A DNA stretch of 64,000 nucleotides from Monocercomonoides exilis PA203 (Eukaryota > Protista > Preaxostyla). This document shows positions 24,940-37,899 of this stretch, one piece after another. The stretch covers positions 372,001 to 436,000 of the forward strand of contig LSRY02000020.1 in NCBI GenBank assembly GCA_001643675.2, read 5' to 3'. Positions within the stretch are counted from its first letter, which is position 1. Each line of letters opens with the position of its first letter. A program made the position numbers and the translations under genes. The notes beneath the pieces were generated by a model, which was given only the letters and a program-made list of their open reading frames with translations, searched no databases and was not told the origin of the DNA.

Positions 24940-27900
24940 AACATGTCTCCAAATTCATTTACCACAATCTCACACTGCAACTCTTTAACCGACAGCTTCA
25001 TCTGCTTCTTCGCTTTTGTCTCTTCTCATCAATAACACTTCTTCTCCTTCCAAACTTCTCTCATCTTTCCCCACCTTCACTCTTTCTCTGAGATAACTGC
25101 CTTTGCTGGGAGCTCTTGTTCTTTACACACTCGTTTAGCGCAACCATTAGATGTGTTTGTGGAGCATGTCTCGCTCCATTAAACAGATAAGAAGAACTAT
25201 ACGAAAAAAAATACCGCTTCTGATTCCACTTAAATGTTTTTTACTGCTGAACAAGCTTGAACCTTTTGCAGGGGAAAGAAGGCATTTTTAAAGGAAGAAG
25301 AAAAAGGGGAAGTAGATGAGAAGGAGAAGGAGAAGTGGAAGGAGATAGCAGAAGAGCGAAAGTTTCCTCGAAAGGAGAGAGAGAAACACAAAAGAGAGAA
25401 AAACAAAGAGAAAATGTGATGGACAGCGATGGCATACACACAAAAGAGGTGCAGATGATGGTGATTGCTTAGAACCCGCTTCTTGCTCGCATTCTGATGC
25501 AGCTGGTGAATCAATACGAAAAAATCTGGATGATCTCCCCGAAGAAGAAGTGTGCGGATAGAGAAATAAGCGAAGGGACTATTTCGTTTGAGATGGAAAA
25601 GAGCAACAGGCTGTCTCAAACAAAAAGTGGCTCAATCCAATCAATTTCATCCACTTCTCTTCCGTTTTATTCTCCTCCTTCAATTCACAAACAGCCTGTA
25701 TTATCTTCTCCGCTTGTGTCGAATTATTATTCTCCTTCACCATCATCTTCATTTTTGTCTTCCTCTAATCATTCTAATTTAACCTTTTTTCAACTTCTTC
25801 ATCTTCTCCTCAATAACCATTTTATTCCTTTTTCTCTTCCACTCTCATTCTCTTTTCTTCCTCCTCCTCCTCCTCCTTCTTCTTCTTCTTCACCTTCTTC
25901 ATTTTTTTTTCTTCATTTTTCTCGTTCTTCATTCTCCTCCTCTTCGTTTTCTTCTTCAATAATACTTCATCTCACTTTGATTTTATTCAAGATGTAACCC
26001 CTCTAATGTGTTTATGTTCATCAATCAAATAATCATTCAGTCAAAACAGAAATTAATTACACTTAACTTTCCTTCCTGCCTCCTCCTATCATCCAATGAG
26101 CCTTCTTTTCTTCATCTTCTTTATTTTCATCCTCTTCTTCTTCTTTGAATTGTTCTTCTAACTCTTCTTCCTCTTCTTCTTCCTTCTCCTCTTTTTCCTC
26201 TTTCTCCATTACCACAAACTTTCTCAGCCATTGAAACCTAGCTGATGATTCCATTGTGAAACTGGAAGAAATATTATCTTCTTCTTTTCCTGTCTCCCAC
26301 CATTTTTTCACTCCTTCTTTCAATCCTCTTATTCCTCTCCTCATTTCCCTTGTATTTCTCTGTCAAAGAAATGCACTTATCTGTTGGAGCTGTTGTTAAC
26401 TTTCACTTCATTTTCTGTTCAATTGAATGGATGAAGAGTGCGGTCGAGGATGCTGAAGTTGATGGTGATTCCGCTCGTGCATGCTTTGAGGAAGAGGAGG
26501 ACGGGGGGACCGGAGAAGGAGATGAGGGTGAAGGAAGAGAACGAAGGAGAAGGAGAGAAAATTAAAAATGAAAATATAGAGAGAGAAAGGAAAAGTAAGT
26601 TTATTGTTGATGGATGGAGAAAACGAAACAATCACCAACGATAAAGCAAAGACAATGATAAAGTTTCAATTAAATACATAGGATTTACCATTTATAGACA
26701 TAACATCGGAGGATATGACATATCCCAACGATAACATTTGCACTTCCAATCTGTTTTTATCACGTTTGAGCAGTTGGTATCATCATTATATATATTCCAA
26801 TGAACAACTTTCATAGCTTTCGCTGAGAGCCTTCAGTTTTGAGGTGATTGATCCGATTACAGGAAAATCAATGTTTCGAGGATAAGTGAGCTGGAAGCAT
26901 ATGATGAGATAAGAAGTAGAAGAACTGAATACAGCGCACATTTAACATTTACATAGCAATAGATGTTGGAATAGAGATAAAAATGGAGAGAGAGAAAGAG
27001 AAAGAATGAGAAACAAACTTGGGAAAAGTTATCGAAAAATTAACAAGCATGGAAGCAAGCATGGGATGAAACATGGATATGAGCGTGGATATGAAGAAAA
27101 AGATTAAAAAATTGAAAGATGAAGGAAAAGGGAGAAAAGTAGAAGAAATGAAGGAGGAGAATATCAAGATAGTCAAAAAAAGGGACAAAGTAATAAGAAA
27201 ATATGAGCAAAAAAAGAAAAACACAACAGAACAAGAAGGCCAAAGTTGAAAAGATAACTCATCAAAAAAAAGCTTAAAAGCTGATTTTTTCTTTTGAACT
27301 TGGAATATCATTTACTGTAATGCAACCTCAAGTTTAACAAATCCATTTCAACATGCCCAGGCTTTTCAGTTCGGATCTATGTTTTCTTCTCCTCTTCTAT
27401 CTTCTTTTCATTAAATTTAAACTTCAATTCGCTCTTTTGTGTCTTCAATATCTTTTTCTTTCTGTTACTGATTTTGATATTTATCTTCTTAATCTTCAAC
27501 TAACTTGATGTCTTTTTCAAACTCTACCCTTCTTCAATGTCTTCATCTTATTATCCATCTTCACCTACAATTGATCATGAGTCAAGTCCAGTTCCTGCAC
27601 AATCAACCTCAAATACCCATCCTCATTTTAATCAGTCATTGGGCTTTCAATAATCTTCTTATAAAAATTCCATTTCTGATTCAACCAATCAATCATTCAC
27701 TTTCTTGACATTGAAGTCAATTAATTGAGTGTAATGTTTCGGACGACTGAAGAGAATGTTCAAACGTAGCGAAAAGGTGGTGAAAAATGCGAAGAAAATT
27801 CAGATGATGCTTTTTCCCTCAGTGTTTGTTTTATGGTTTTTATTTTTATTTTTATTTTTTTTTTTTAACAGATAACATTTATTATTTTGTTTTCCATAAT

Positions 27901-28380
27901 TTTTTCCTATCAATAGTTTGATGAGTGGAAACTTTTTTGACTTGCCTCGTGCAAGCATAACTCGAAAAGCCGATAAAGTATTGGAAGAGTTGGAGTCTGC
28001 TGTACCTCTGATCCCGTAAAACGTTTGCTATTTTTTATCTTTCACATCAAAAAAGGAAAGCTTTTCCAAGAGTCAATCCAAACCCGTTTTGAAGGTTTTC
28101 TTTTATATTTTTTTTCATGAACCAAAAAATTATATCTATTATGTTATTATCAAAATTGTTATTTTCCAATATATAATCTTCAAAAGAAAAAATTGCAAGT
28201 TCAATTCGGAATATTTGTTAAGTGCGGAAAAGAAGTCTTTTGAGCCTTCGTGCTGAGCTTCTTCGTTGCGTTTCTTTGGATTTTTCAATTACGGTATTGA
28301 ACAAAAACGGCTGGGGAATAACTCTCTGTGAATATAACTATTCATTGGAGAAAAACAAATCTTAAGCACAATCTCCAAAA
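24940..28380 (+). pseudogene. Heavily decayed low-complexity host gene fragments, unidentified
   Basis: Patches of coding-like S-rich and E/K-rich sequence with many stops (e.g. ORF 25497-25997). Strand inferred. Confidence 0.3.
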
Positions 28381-30519
28381 CCATTTAGTGATTACAGAGA
28401 AACAAAATTAAAAAGATTTTTAATTTTTATTAATAAAAAAAATTTTTTTTCATTAATTATAATTATTATTTTGTAAATTATTAAAAAAAAAATATGTTTT
28501 ATTGAATGATATTTTTTTTGATGAAAAAGAGTTTCGAATGGCAGAAATCTGGCTTTTAAGCCATAGCTCTTGCAGATGCGAAAACTCGAGAAGGAAAAAA
28601 ACTTGTTTGATTATTGTTTAAATTTTTTTCTTTAAGTTTTTTGATTTAAAATAAAACAGAATTACTGATGTTGAATTATTTTATTCACTTTCAGATTTCG
28701 TTTCAAATGAAAAAAAGCCAGAAGATATTGCGAAGCGATTGAGCAATACAGTATGTTATGAAAAAAATAAAAAAAAAGAAGAATTAGAAAAAGAAAATAT
28801 TGAAAATAAAAAACAAAATGAGATGAGAAAAAAAAAGTGTAAAGTGATAAATACAAAAGATGAAAAAACAACAAAACAAAATAATAAAAATTATAAAAAA
28901 AAAGCAAACAATTGAAAGAAAAATTAATAATACCAACAACATAAATAATTTTTCTAATTCAATCACAATCAAAAATAACATGATATTATTATTTGTTCCA
29001 TCAACATCATCTTTTGTTTGTCAATCCGTGAAAACAGATGACAGTGGAAAGGCATTGATAGCGAGTGCTGGGGCAGTGACTGCGGCATTGGCAGCGGGTT
29101 CTGGTGGAATGAGTATGACATTCACAAAAGGTTATGTTAGTTATTTTGAGTTTAATCATATAATATTTCGGTGATGAATTTTGAATATGACATGCAAGAC
29201 AAAAAGATAAAGAATCAGATGTGTGGAGGAATTTTGAATGAAAAGAAAAAGAGTGATTCAAATTTTGAAAGAGATGTTTTGAGAAGTTGTTTAAAAGAGA
29301 AATGTTTATATGATGAAATGGATGAAATGAAAATAATAAAAATAAATGTGACAATGAATCACTTTTTAAAACTAAAAATAAAAGACAGAAAAGAAAAAAA
29401 AGATAGAAAAGAAAAATATGAAGAACATTTTTAAAAAAAGAAGAATATTACTTAAAACAATAAAACAGATAATGCTATTTTCATTTAATAAGAAAAGAAT
29501 AAAGCTTATTGACTTTATCATAAAATGCAATCAAATAATTTTTCGTACCAAAATTTTTATTCAAATGTTTCTATTTGTTATTTTGGCATAGGTTCAAACG
29601 CGTTCCTTTTGCAATTTGCGTTTTTAAACCCTCAAATTATAACGAATTAATAGATAATAATTATTTAAAAACTTTTTATGGACCGATTTTACGAAAAAAA
29701 TTTTTCTTGTTGAAAAAAATGACTTTTGAAAAATGACCCATAAAAACATGAATTTCATAAAAAATTATTCAAATTTAAAAGAAAACGTGATTTTTACACA
29801 TAAAAAGTGTTTGCATTATTATATAGACTTATTTTATTTGTTAATTTTCATCAAAAAAATATAAATCATAAATAAAAAATTTAATTAAATATCTTTGATC
29901 TAACCCACAATAAAATTTTTAATATCTGGAAAATTTGAATATGCTGTTTTAGTTAAAATAGAACCTAAAAGTATGTAATTCGTTCACTTTTATATGTTAA
30001 TATAAGTATATTATTATATGCTAACTTGTATAATATGGGTGCAAATTTTTGAAAAGTCGCTGAAGATCAAAAATTTGTCCCATCGCAGTTAATAATTTTT
30101 TATTCCGTTACCATTATTCTAATGAATAATATCAACTTTTGCAATGAAGTTTGATTTTTCATTTCAAACCTCTTTGTAAGAAAAAATAATTTGAAACAAA
30201 AAATTATATTTCAGTTGTTTGATCAAAATAAAAATTGAGAATTATTGATGAATATGTGATATCGTTTTTCAGTTTGTCTTGTAATTGCTGATTCATGAAA
30301 ATTTTTTAGTGTGCTTCGATTCTTTTTTGTGAATTAGCAAGAATTCTGATTATTGAAAATGATTAAATTCATTTGGATTTTCTTCAAACTCAGAATGAAT
30401 ATCTATATTTGTGGAATCAAATATGGCTTTTACAAGTTCAAATAAACATTGTAATTATATTAACCGATGGTTTGCAACTTGTTTTTTCTTTTATATTTAT
30501 TTTTATTTAAGATTTTTCA

Positions 30520-33500
30520 TATTCACATTTTTGGCACTCTTTCCCTTACACAAAAGTCCGCACGTTGATAAACGGGCAACACTGAAGCGTACACACCTCT
30601 GCTTTCGTCACAGGCTTCTTAACGCACACTGGCAACATCACGCAATCACACTCTCAAACATACTCTTCTCCTCCAGCCACAAAAAAAGTTTCAAGTCCAC
30701 ATCTGCTCGGTAGTAATTTTCCTTCTTCAGAAACTCCAGTAACACTATTTTCTCTGCCTCCTGAGGCACATACGCTAAAATCTCTTCGCTCTGGCTATGC
30801 AGTAGCACGCTCTGCCAAAAGTATCTTATGTCCTTCTCGGCTGCAGTACATCAAATGCCCTTGCATTTCCATTTGCGCTGGATAGTGAACAAAAGCACCG
30901 CTTCGTGGGAAGGAGAACACATATGACAGCGTCTTCGTACTATACGCCCCCAAAACAATGCTCTGTGTCTTCGACAAACTTCCTTTCAACAACGGAATTG
31001 AACAGACTTGCACTTGCATCAGCACCTCCACAGACCTCTGCACCGCCTTCGTGTTCGTCAGAACCGCATCGCGCGCACACACACCCTGCTCGCATCTTCT
31101 CCTATCCAACATACTTCCTCACCTTCCACCCTTCCTCTTTCACTTCCCACATTTAGCCCACATCATATACAAACTCCTGCACAACTAGCGATTTCATGTG
31201 CATGCATTTGCTTGGCCCGTTCAACACCGATCTGTGTTATATCGTTTGCCTTTATCCTTTTCTTTCACTTCTTTTTTTCATCAAACCACTCCATCTCCTT
31301 CACAAACAGCACAGCTGTTGTTTTCATTCTTCAAATAGAAGAACTTCCACTTCATCTCATCGTCTTTAATACCTTTTCTACACAAACCGGCCGCACACAA
31401 ATATCTGTCAGTGCGGCTACAAACGCTGCTGACGTAAACGTGTCAGTGCCTTCAATCACATTCACTGACACAAAAGGAAGAACCTTCATGCACCTTCAAA
31501 CATCGCATTCTTTCCCTTCTACAGCTCCCCAAAGCAGATATCGCTCATTATCCAGATAGAAATGGCTCCACTCAATTGGAGCAGTCAGAATAGTCTTCGC
31601 GCGATAATATTATTTCTCCATCTCTTCCTTTGAATGTTCCATCTGCAGGAACTTCACAATTGGCTATCTCTTCTTCTTCCTCAACACCACCTCCACTACC
31701 ATCTGCAAAAGAGCAACAAGAAGGAGAAGCAAAGACACAACGATCATTTTCTGCTTCCATATTCTACAACTTCTTTGAACTGATCTGAACATCCACTGAA
31801 AAAGAGTGGTCAATCTGAAATGCTCTTAGAGGCATCGCTCCTGCTTGCTCATCCTCTGTATTGCATTCGATTGCATCAACGTTCTCAGTGTCAGCACTGC
31901 CAATGCACCTGCTCCTGCAGTGTAAACCATCGACATTGACATTCTACCACTCAACCTCACCTCTCTTTCCATCTGCTTCGTCTGCCTCATCTGCCAATTC
32001 GCTTCAGTTGCACCTCCAAGCAGATACAGCATCAGCTTCAGCTCGTCGTTATTCCGAATGTTTCACCCGCCCATTGCGCGCATGTCACTCAGCTGCACAT
32101 CGTTGAAAATAATCATCTGCATGTCAGGCAGAATCCCTTCTTTTTTCTGCACAAGCTCCTTTAGCTTTATCGTTGCTGTCTCATTCGAAACGCAAACTCA
32201 AATCACCTTCACTTCCATCGTTCTGATTTGTACTAACATCTTGTGACAAAACCCCTCTATCGTTGAATGCTCGCGCCGATGCTACTTTCACACTGCTCTT
32301 TCTTCTTTCTTTTCTTCTTCTTCTGCCTCAATCAACCCCTCAACATCCAGTCCTGATCGAAGCGCTGTCTCAAACACCTTCTCCTTTTCTTTCTTGTCTC
32401 TCGCTTGCTTCTTCATCTTCACTTTCACATTCTCCACAAGCGCCACACATTTCCTCACACTACTCTTCAGTAATTCTTCTTCTCTTTCTTCTCCTCTTCC
32501 TTCTCCTCTTCCTTCTTCTCTTCCTTCTTCTCTTTTCTTCGCCTTCTACCCCAACTCCACCAGTCTTGCCGGCACAGGCACTTGCTCCTCTGTATTCAGC
32601 CTGGAAAATAAAGCTGTCTCTGCGTATTCCTCAAACAGCACCGCATCACACGTGCCCTAAAAATAGTGGTCAATTATCTTCTTATTTTTGCTTGCTCAAC
32701 TAGGCCGAATAGCTTTCGCAAAGTATTTCGATGCACTTTTGAACAACAGACCATGCAACTGCTCATATGCAAATTCGCTGCCTAGATAGCAAAACTCTTG
32801 GAATTTCTTCTTCTCTTCTCCTTCTTCTTTCTCTTCTTCTTTCTCTTCATCTTCATCCTCATCCTCATCCTCATCCTCATCAACCAACTTGTACAGCTAC
32901 TCAAACGCATTACACCACGCATCAAATGCCCTCACTTATGCCTCATCTCCCTCGTTCTTCTTCGCCTTTGCCTTCATCACGCACTTCAGCAGATGAAGAA
33001 TTCCTCCAAAGCAACTGTAGCATTCATATGTGGATGTCGACAGATCTTTTATCTTCCGCGTCGCAACACATTTCGAAAGATATGCTTTCTTCAATGACAC
33101 TCTTCCTGTCTTCTTCCCATTTGAACTGGCACATTCACTTTCACATCTTGATGATGTTGATGTCGATGATTTTATTTTCTCCTTCTCCTTCTCCTTCTGT
33201 TCCTTCTTTTCTTCCTTCTTTTCTACCTTCTTTTCTACCTTCTTTCCTTCATCCTTCTCATCGTCTGCTTCCCAACATCTGCTTCTCAGCACTTTTTCTG
33301 GCAGAAACAGCGCCGAGTGCATCTTCCGCAAAACATGCTTTTTCGGGTCAAACACATTCATCAACCGTATTTCCCTCAATCGCCCTTCTCCTTCTTCTTC
33401 TTCTTTTCCCTCAATTTTCCTTCTTCCATGACACAAACTAGATCCGCATCCATCACATTCGCTTCCGCGCTCTCATCGTCTGTTGTCACTGCGGTAATGC

Positions 33501-33950
33501 TCTGCCCCTTCCCTGCAATCACCTCCGTCGAAATAACCACACGCCTCCTCTTCCCTTCCCCTGGTGCTTCGTTCTGCACAACTGTCATCGTCTTCCCCAA
33601 AAAGTCGATGTTTTTCCAGTCTGCCAAACTCCTCCTCCAGTTCTGCACTCCTCCCATTCCCCCTTCCATCGCACCACTCTTCATCATCTTCTTTCTTTTC
33701 CTCTCCATCATGTCTGCCATCATCCCTCCACTTACTCCTCCACAGATCGTATCCCCTGCATCTGAGCTTGCCTCAATCCTCCAAGTCTTCTTCGTCACAA
33801 CCTGATGCATCAGTACAGACTTTTAATCCATTATATTCCTTAGCCACGCTGCTGACTTCAACCAAAGATGGAAGTTATCTTTTTCTGTATCCAGCCTCTT
33901 GTCCAACGTGAAGAACACCCTTCCACTTTTGCTGTTTGAACCTCTGCCTG
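30520..33950 (-). pseudogene. C-terminal part of a very large uncharacterised protein gene with an internal ubiquitin-like domain (cargo)
   Basis: Collinear frameshifted segments: IDFLGKTMTVVQNE, EQLHGLLF..YFAKAIRP..KKIIDHYF..SRLNTEE, Ubl, KEEMEK*YY..PFVSVNV, VLMQVQVCSIPL..YVFSFPRSGAFVHYPA. Family resemblance is from memory only. Confidence 0.6.
32012..32239 (-). pseudogene. Ubiquitin-like domain, 76 codons, two in-frame TGA
   Basis: MLVQIRTMEVKVI*VCVSNETATIKLKELVQKKEGILPDMQMIIFNDVQLSDMRAMGG*NIRNNDELKLMLYLLGG aligns without gaps to ubiquitin/NEDD8 (KEGI.PD.Q..IF...QL.D, NI, L.L.GG). Confidence 0.9.
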
Positions 33951-33999
33951 CCTCCCCTCATGCTACCGTGTTATCTGCGTCTACGCATCAGACGGGTCA

Positions 34000-35780
34000 T
34001 CAAACACACTTACTAAAGCATGCGCTCACATTATCAACTGGCAATTGATCAGCATCTCCTTTTCATAACCTGCTTTTGCTCCTTCTCTACTGCTCATGTC
34101 ATCTCAATACATTCCATAGATTTCCACATAACTTATCACCAATCATCTGTGTGCAATATCAAACAATGCTGCAACATCATTGCACAGCATGTGCGTGTGC
34201 TGCAAGAAGCATGCAAAGCACGGGTATCAGCTCCTTCCCGCATATACAAATATAACAACAAAACACGCATTCCTCTGCTTTGAACCAGAAACGTTCGACA
34301 AGCACACAAAACTCGTCTGCCAAGTCTTCTTCAAGAATCTGCATCATCCATGTCACCCCCCAGTTGCATAAAGAACCAATATTTCGCATGGCTCCAGAAA
34401 CACCTGCTTCTTCGGTGTTGCGCTTCTGCTGTATCTCTATTCGTTGACTCACGACGCTGCACCACTTCTTGGTAGCAGCATGTTCAGTTCGTCCATCACA
34501 GTCACAAACCGCTTATCTGCAAAGCACACACATCATTCGTTGACTGCCTTGTTAAACCAGAACACTTCTCTGCAGCTCACCACCAGATTAAACAACAACG
34601 AGCACTCCGCTCTTCTGCCTTCTCTCAACCTCTCCTCTCCTTTCCTCTTCTTCTTCATCTTCCTATTCTTCTAATCGCCTAGCACAAAGAAAGCAACTTT
34701 CTTCCTCAACTTCTCATCAAATTTGTCTTTTTCCTCAATTATAATCGTTCAATTAACTTATATTTACCACTTTTCCGCATCTCTGATCATTTCAATTATC
34801 CTGTTCATCGAAGAAATACTCTAGCACCTATCTGCTTCTCCAACTGCACCATTCTTATTTCTCGCAAATTGCAATGTTACACAACAGGCACGCAAAGTGT
34901 GAGCATTGTTCAGCATTTGAGGCAGGCGACTCTCTGAAAAAAATCTCTGTCCATTTCTCCGCCTTCACAAACCTCAACTGACTCAGCCCAAGCGCCTCCA
35001 CAACCAGCAGAACCATTGCTTCTTCCAGCTTCCACTTGTTCTTTTTGATTCTTTCCACAAACTCTCTGTATGCTGTCAGATACCAGCCTTTCACTTCATT
35101 CCAATCACATCCCTCATTGACTCACATTTCTCCTTTCTCGGCTCTTCTCGCTCCTCCTGCACCACCAGCGCAATCGCTGCTGGCGACAGAACTACATCCT
35201 CCATCTTCATCCCCGCTGCTATCAGCCCTTTCTCCACAATCTGCCCCACTTCACACTCTGCAACCCCTCGCCCCATCACTTCGTCGTCCAGCTTCACCGC
35301 CACACGCCTCGACTTCGGATATCGCCATATCTTCAGCGATGTATCAAACAGATCGTAGATCTACAGGAACGCATTCACGTCTGCCTCTGAAAAGATCCGC
35401 TTGCTCCCCGACTTCGTGCCAACTAACACTGCATGCGACGGAAGCGGCACCGAAAGCATTGTCGAAAGCGCCACATCGTATGCACACATAACACCCCCGT
35501 ACAGCACCCCCTGCCGCTCCACATCATATTTCCCCAGCGTCTGTTGCACCCTCCGGAACGACTTTTTGTGATTTGCATTGATGCAATTTCTTCAGATCCA
35601 ACAATTTTCAGCCACATCTCGATGTAATTCATCGCTGCTGCTAATATGCATGACGCTAATAACGCAGAAGCATCCGAAGGATCAATCGCAGGTGCTGATG
35701 ATGAAGATGAAGATGAAGAGTGCACTGGCTGCTTGTCCCATCCAGCCTTCTTCTCTTCTCTTCTCCACTTCCAAACTGTG
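34000..35780 (-). pseudogene. Unidentified gene fragment shared with the second pack element
   Basis: 34390-35780 is a diverged homolog of 57776-59170 (both read VGTKSGSKRIF..ADV.AF..IYDLFDTSL.IW). Confidence 0.7.
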
Positions 35781-36777
35781 AAATAGACGAAGAAAACAAC
35801 TCGTGCTGAGATGAAAGAAACTTGTTTGATACAAACTGTGAATATTTATATTTGAAGAGATTACATTTTTGAGTTTGTAATAAATAGAGATTTTTTTGAA
35901 AATTAAAATATCTAACTTCAATATTTTATAATAACATAAATAATTGCTAAATGTTTAAAACTTTTCGAATATCTTTCGATTGTTACGAGCGTTGTTTTAA
36001 TAAAATTTTCCTGTTCGATAATTTCTCATGAAAAAAATCCAGAATTCAAACTAATAAAATTGTATTTATCTTTCAACATAAATAACATTAAAAACAAAGT
36101 TATTATCCATGAATTCATTATGAATATTCGAACAGATGAAATGAAAATGAAGAAATAAAAACATTTAATTCATTTTATTCAAATGGCTGGAATGCATATG
36201 TTGACATAAGTGTATCACAAAATAAGGTTAAAAATCTATATAATTTCGAAAAACTTGTAACCTGTTTTTCTTTTAAAAGCGAAATAAATAACAAAATATA
36301 ACATTTTCAAAACAATAACGGGAGCGGAATGATCAACATTTTTTGATCATTTTTGATCCAATTTTCAGATCAGTTAAACGTTTGCGACTTTTCAAAAAGA
36401 ACGACCCATATTGAAAACAGGTTTTATTCACAGTTTCATTAAAGTGTGCTTTTTGACTTTAATTTTCATTAGCGTGCAGATATTAATTTCAAAATCGGTT
36501 GCAATGGAACGCAAAACGTATTATATGATTCATAATATCAAATAAATATTCATTTTGTTTTTTTCTTTCAAATATTTTCTTTTCCTTTGATATGTTAATG
36601 TATTTTTTTATTAGACTCGATCAAAACATGCATTTATGAATAAATCTTGCAAAAATTAACAATAATCACACAAAATAATTCAATGTTGTATTATAAAAAC
36701 AATGAACTTTATAAAAGTTTGTCATTTTTATGTTTTTTTTTAAAAAAATGAAAAATGAGATTGATTTAGTTTTTCAA

Positions 36778-36882
36778 GTGGATAAGATGTTGAAATATGT
36801 GGAAGTGAAGAAGAACCATTCCAAATGATGTGCCAATGGATGGAAAATATGAAAATGGGAAGTGAAATGTAAATAATTCAGA
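36778..36882 (+). pseudogene. 105-bp foldback spacer derived from a surface-protein gene repeat
   Basis: Reads (SS)G*DVEICGSEEEPFQMM, matching the family motif S..G.D...CG....PC seen at ~270-335, ~7125-7185 and ~13610-13680. Confidence 0.6.
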
Positions 36883-37899
36883 TTGAAAAACTAAATCAAT
36901 CTCATTTTTCATTTTTTTAAAAAAAAACATAAAAATGACAAACTTTTATAAAGTTCATTGTTTTTATAATACAACATTGAATTATTTTGTGTGATTATTG
37001 TTAATTTTTGCAAGATTTATTCATAAATGCATGTTTTGATCGAGTCTAATAAAAAAATACATTAACATATCAAAGGAAAAGAAAATATTTGAAAGAAAAA
37101 AACAAAATGAATATTTATTTGATATTATGAATCATATAATACGTTTTGCGTTCCATTGCAACCGATTTTGAAATTAATATCTGCACGCTAATGAAAATTA
37201 AAGTCAAAAAGCACACTTTAATGAAACTGTGAATAAAACCTGTTTTCAATATTATACAAGTTAGCATATAATAATATACTTATATTAACATATAAAAGTG
37301 AACGAATTACATACTTTTAGGTTCTATTTTAACTAAAACAGCATATTCAAATTTTCCAGATATTAAAAATTTTATTGTGGGTTAGATCAAAGATATTTAA
37401 TTAAATTTTTTATTTATGATTTATATTTTTTTGATGAAAATTAACAAATAAAATAAGTCTATATAATAATGCAAACACTTTTTATGTGTAAAAATCACGT
37501 TTTCTTTTAAATTTGAATAATTTTTTATGAAATTCATGTTTTTATGGGTCATTTTTCAAAAGTCATTTTTTTCAACAAGAAAAATTTTTTTCGTAAAATC
37601 GGTCCATAAAAAGTTTTTAAATAATTATTATCTATTAATTCGTTATAATTTGAGGGTTTAAAAACGCAAATTGCAAAAGGAACGCGTTTGAACCTATGCA
37701 GTTATAATAATAAATCTTTTCCACATTGCATTGAATAATACGTTTCGGCTGGAATTTGTTCAAATGGATTTGGAACTGCGAGCAGGGATGATTCTGATGA
37801 AGGAAGAGTTGTAATGGAAAAAGAGTTGGGTGGAAAAGAAGTTGGAATGGAAGGAGGGTTTGATGGAGGGAGTGATGTTGGATGCGTTGACAGTATTTT

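Larger units (their letters stand above)
30037..36407. mobile_element. 6,371-bp GGG...CCC element with ATAT TSD carrying host gene fragments
   Basis: Ends GGGTGCAAATTTTTGAAAAGTCGC and GCGACTTTTCAAAAAGAACGACCC, with ATAT on both sides. The empty site is preserved in the opposite foldback arm at 37237-37260. Confidence 0.92.
29585..37700. mobile_element. Foldback element of the GGCATAGG family: 818-bp arms, 105-bp spacer, left arm interrupted by a 6.4-kb insertion
   Basis: Right arm 36883-37700 is the reverse complement of 29585-30036 plus 36408-36777. Ends are GGCATAGG / CCTATGCA, with degenerate TSD GTTATTTT (29577-29584) versus GTTATAAT (37701-37708). The arms are diverged homologs of the 3485/8686 TIRs. 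Confidence 0.9.

Noticed and set aside
36408-37252. Long near-perfect hairpin as an assembly or amplification foldback artefact
   Set aside because: Only one arm carries the TSD-flanked insertion, the pair ends at defined GGCATAGG termini, and a diverged relative exists at 3485-8686.
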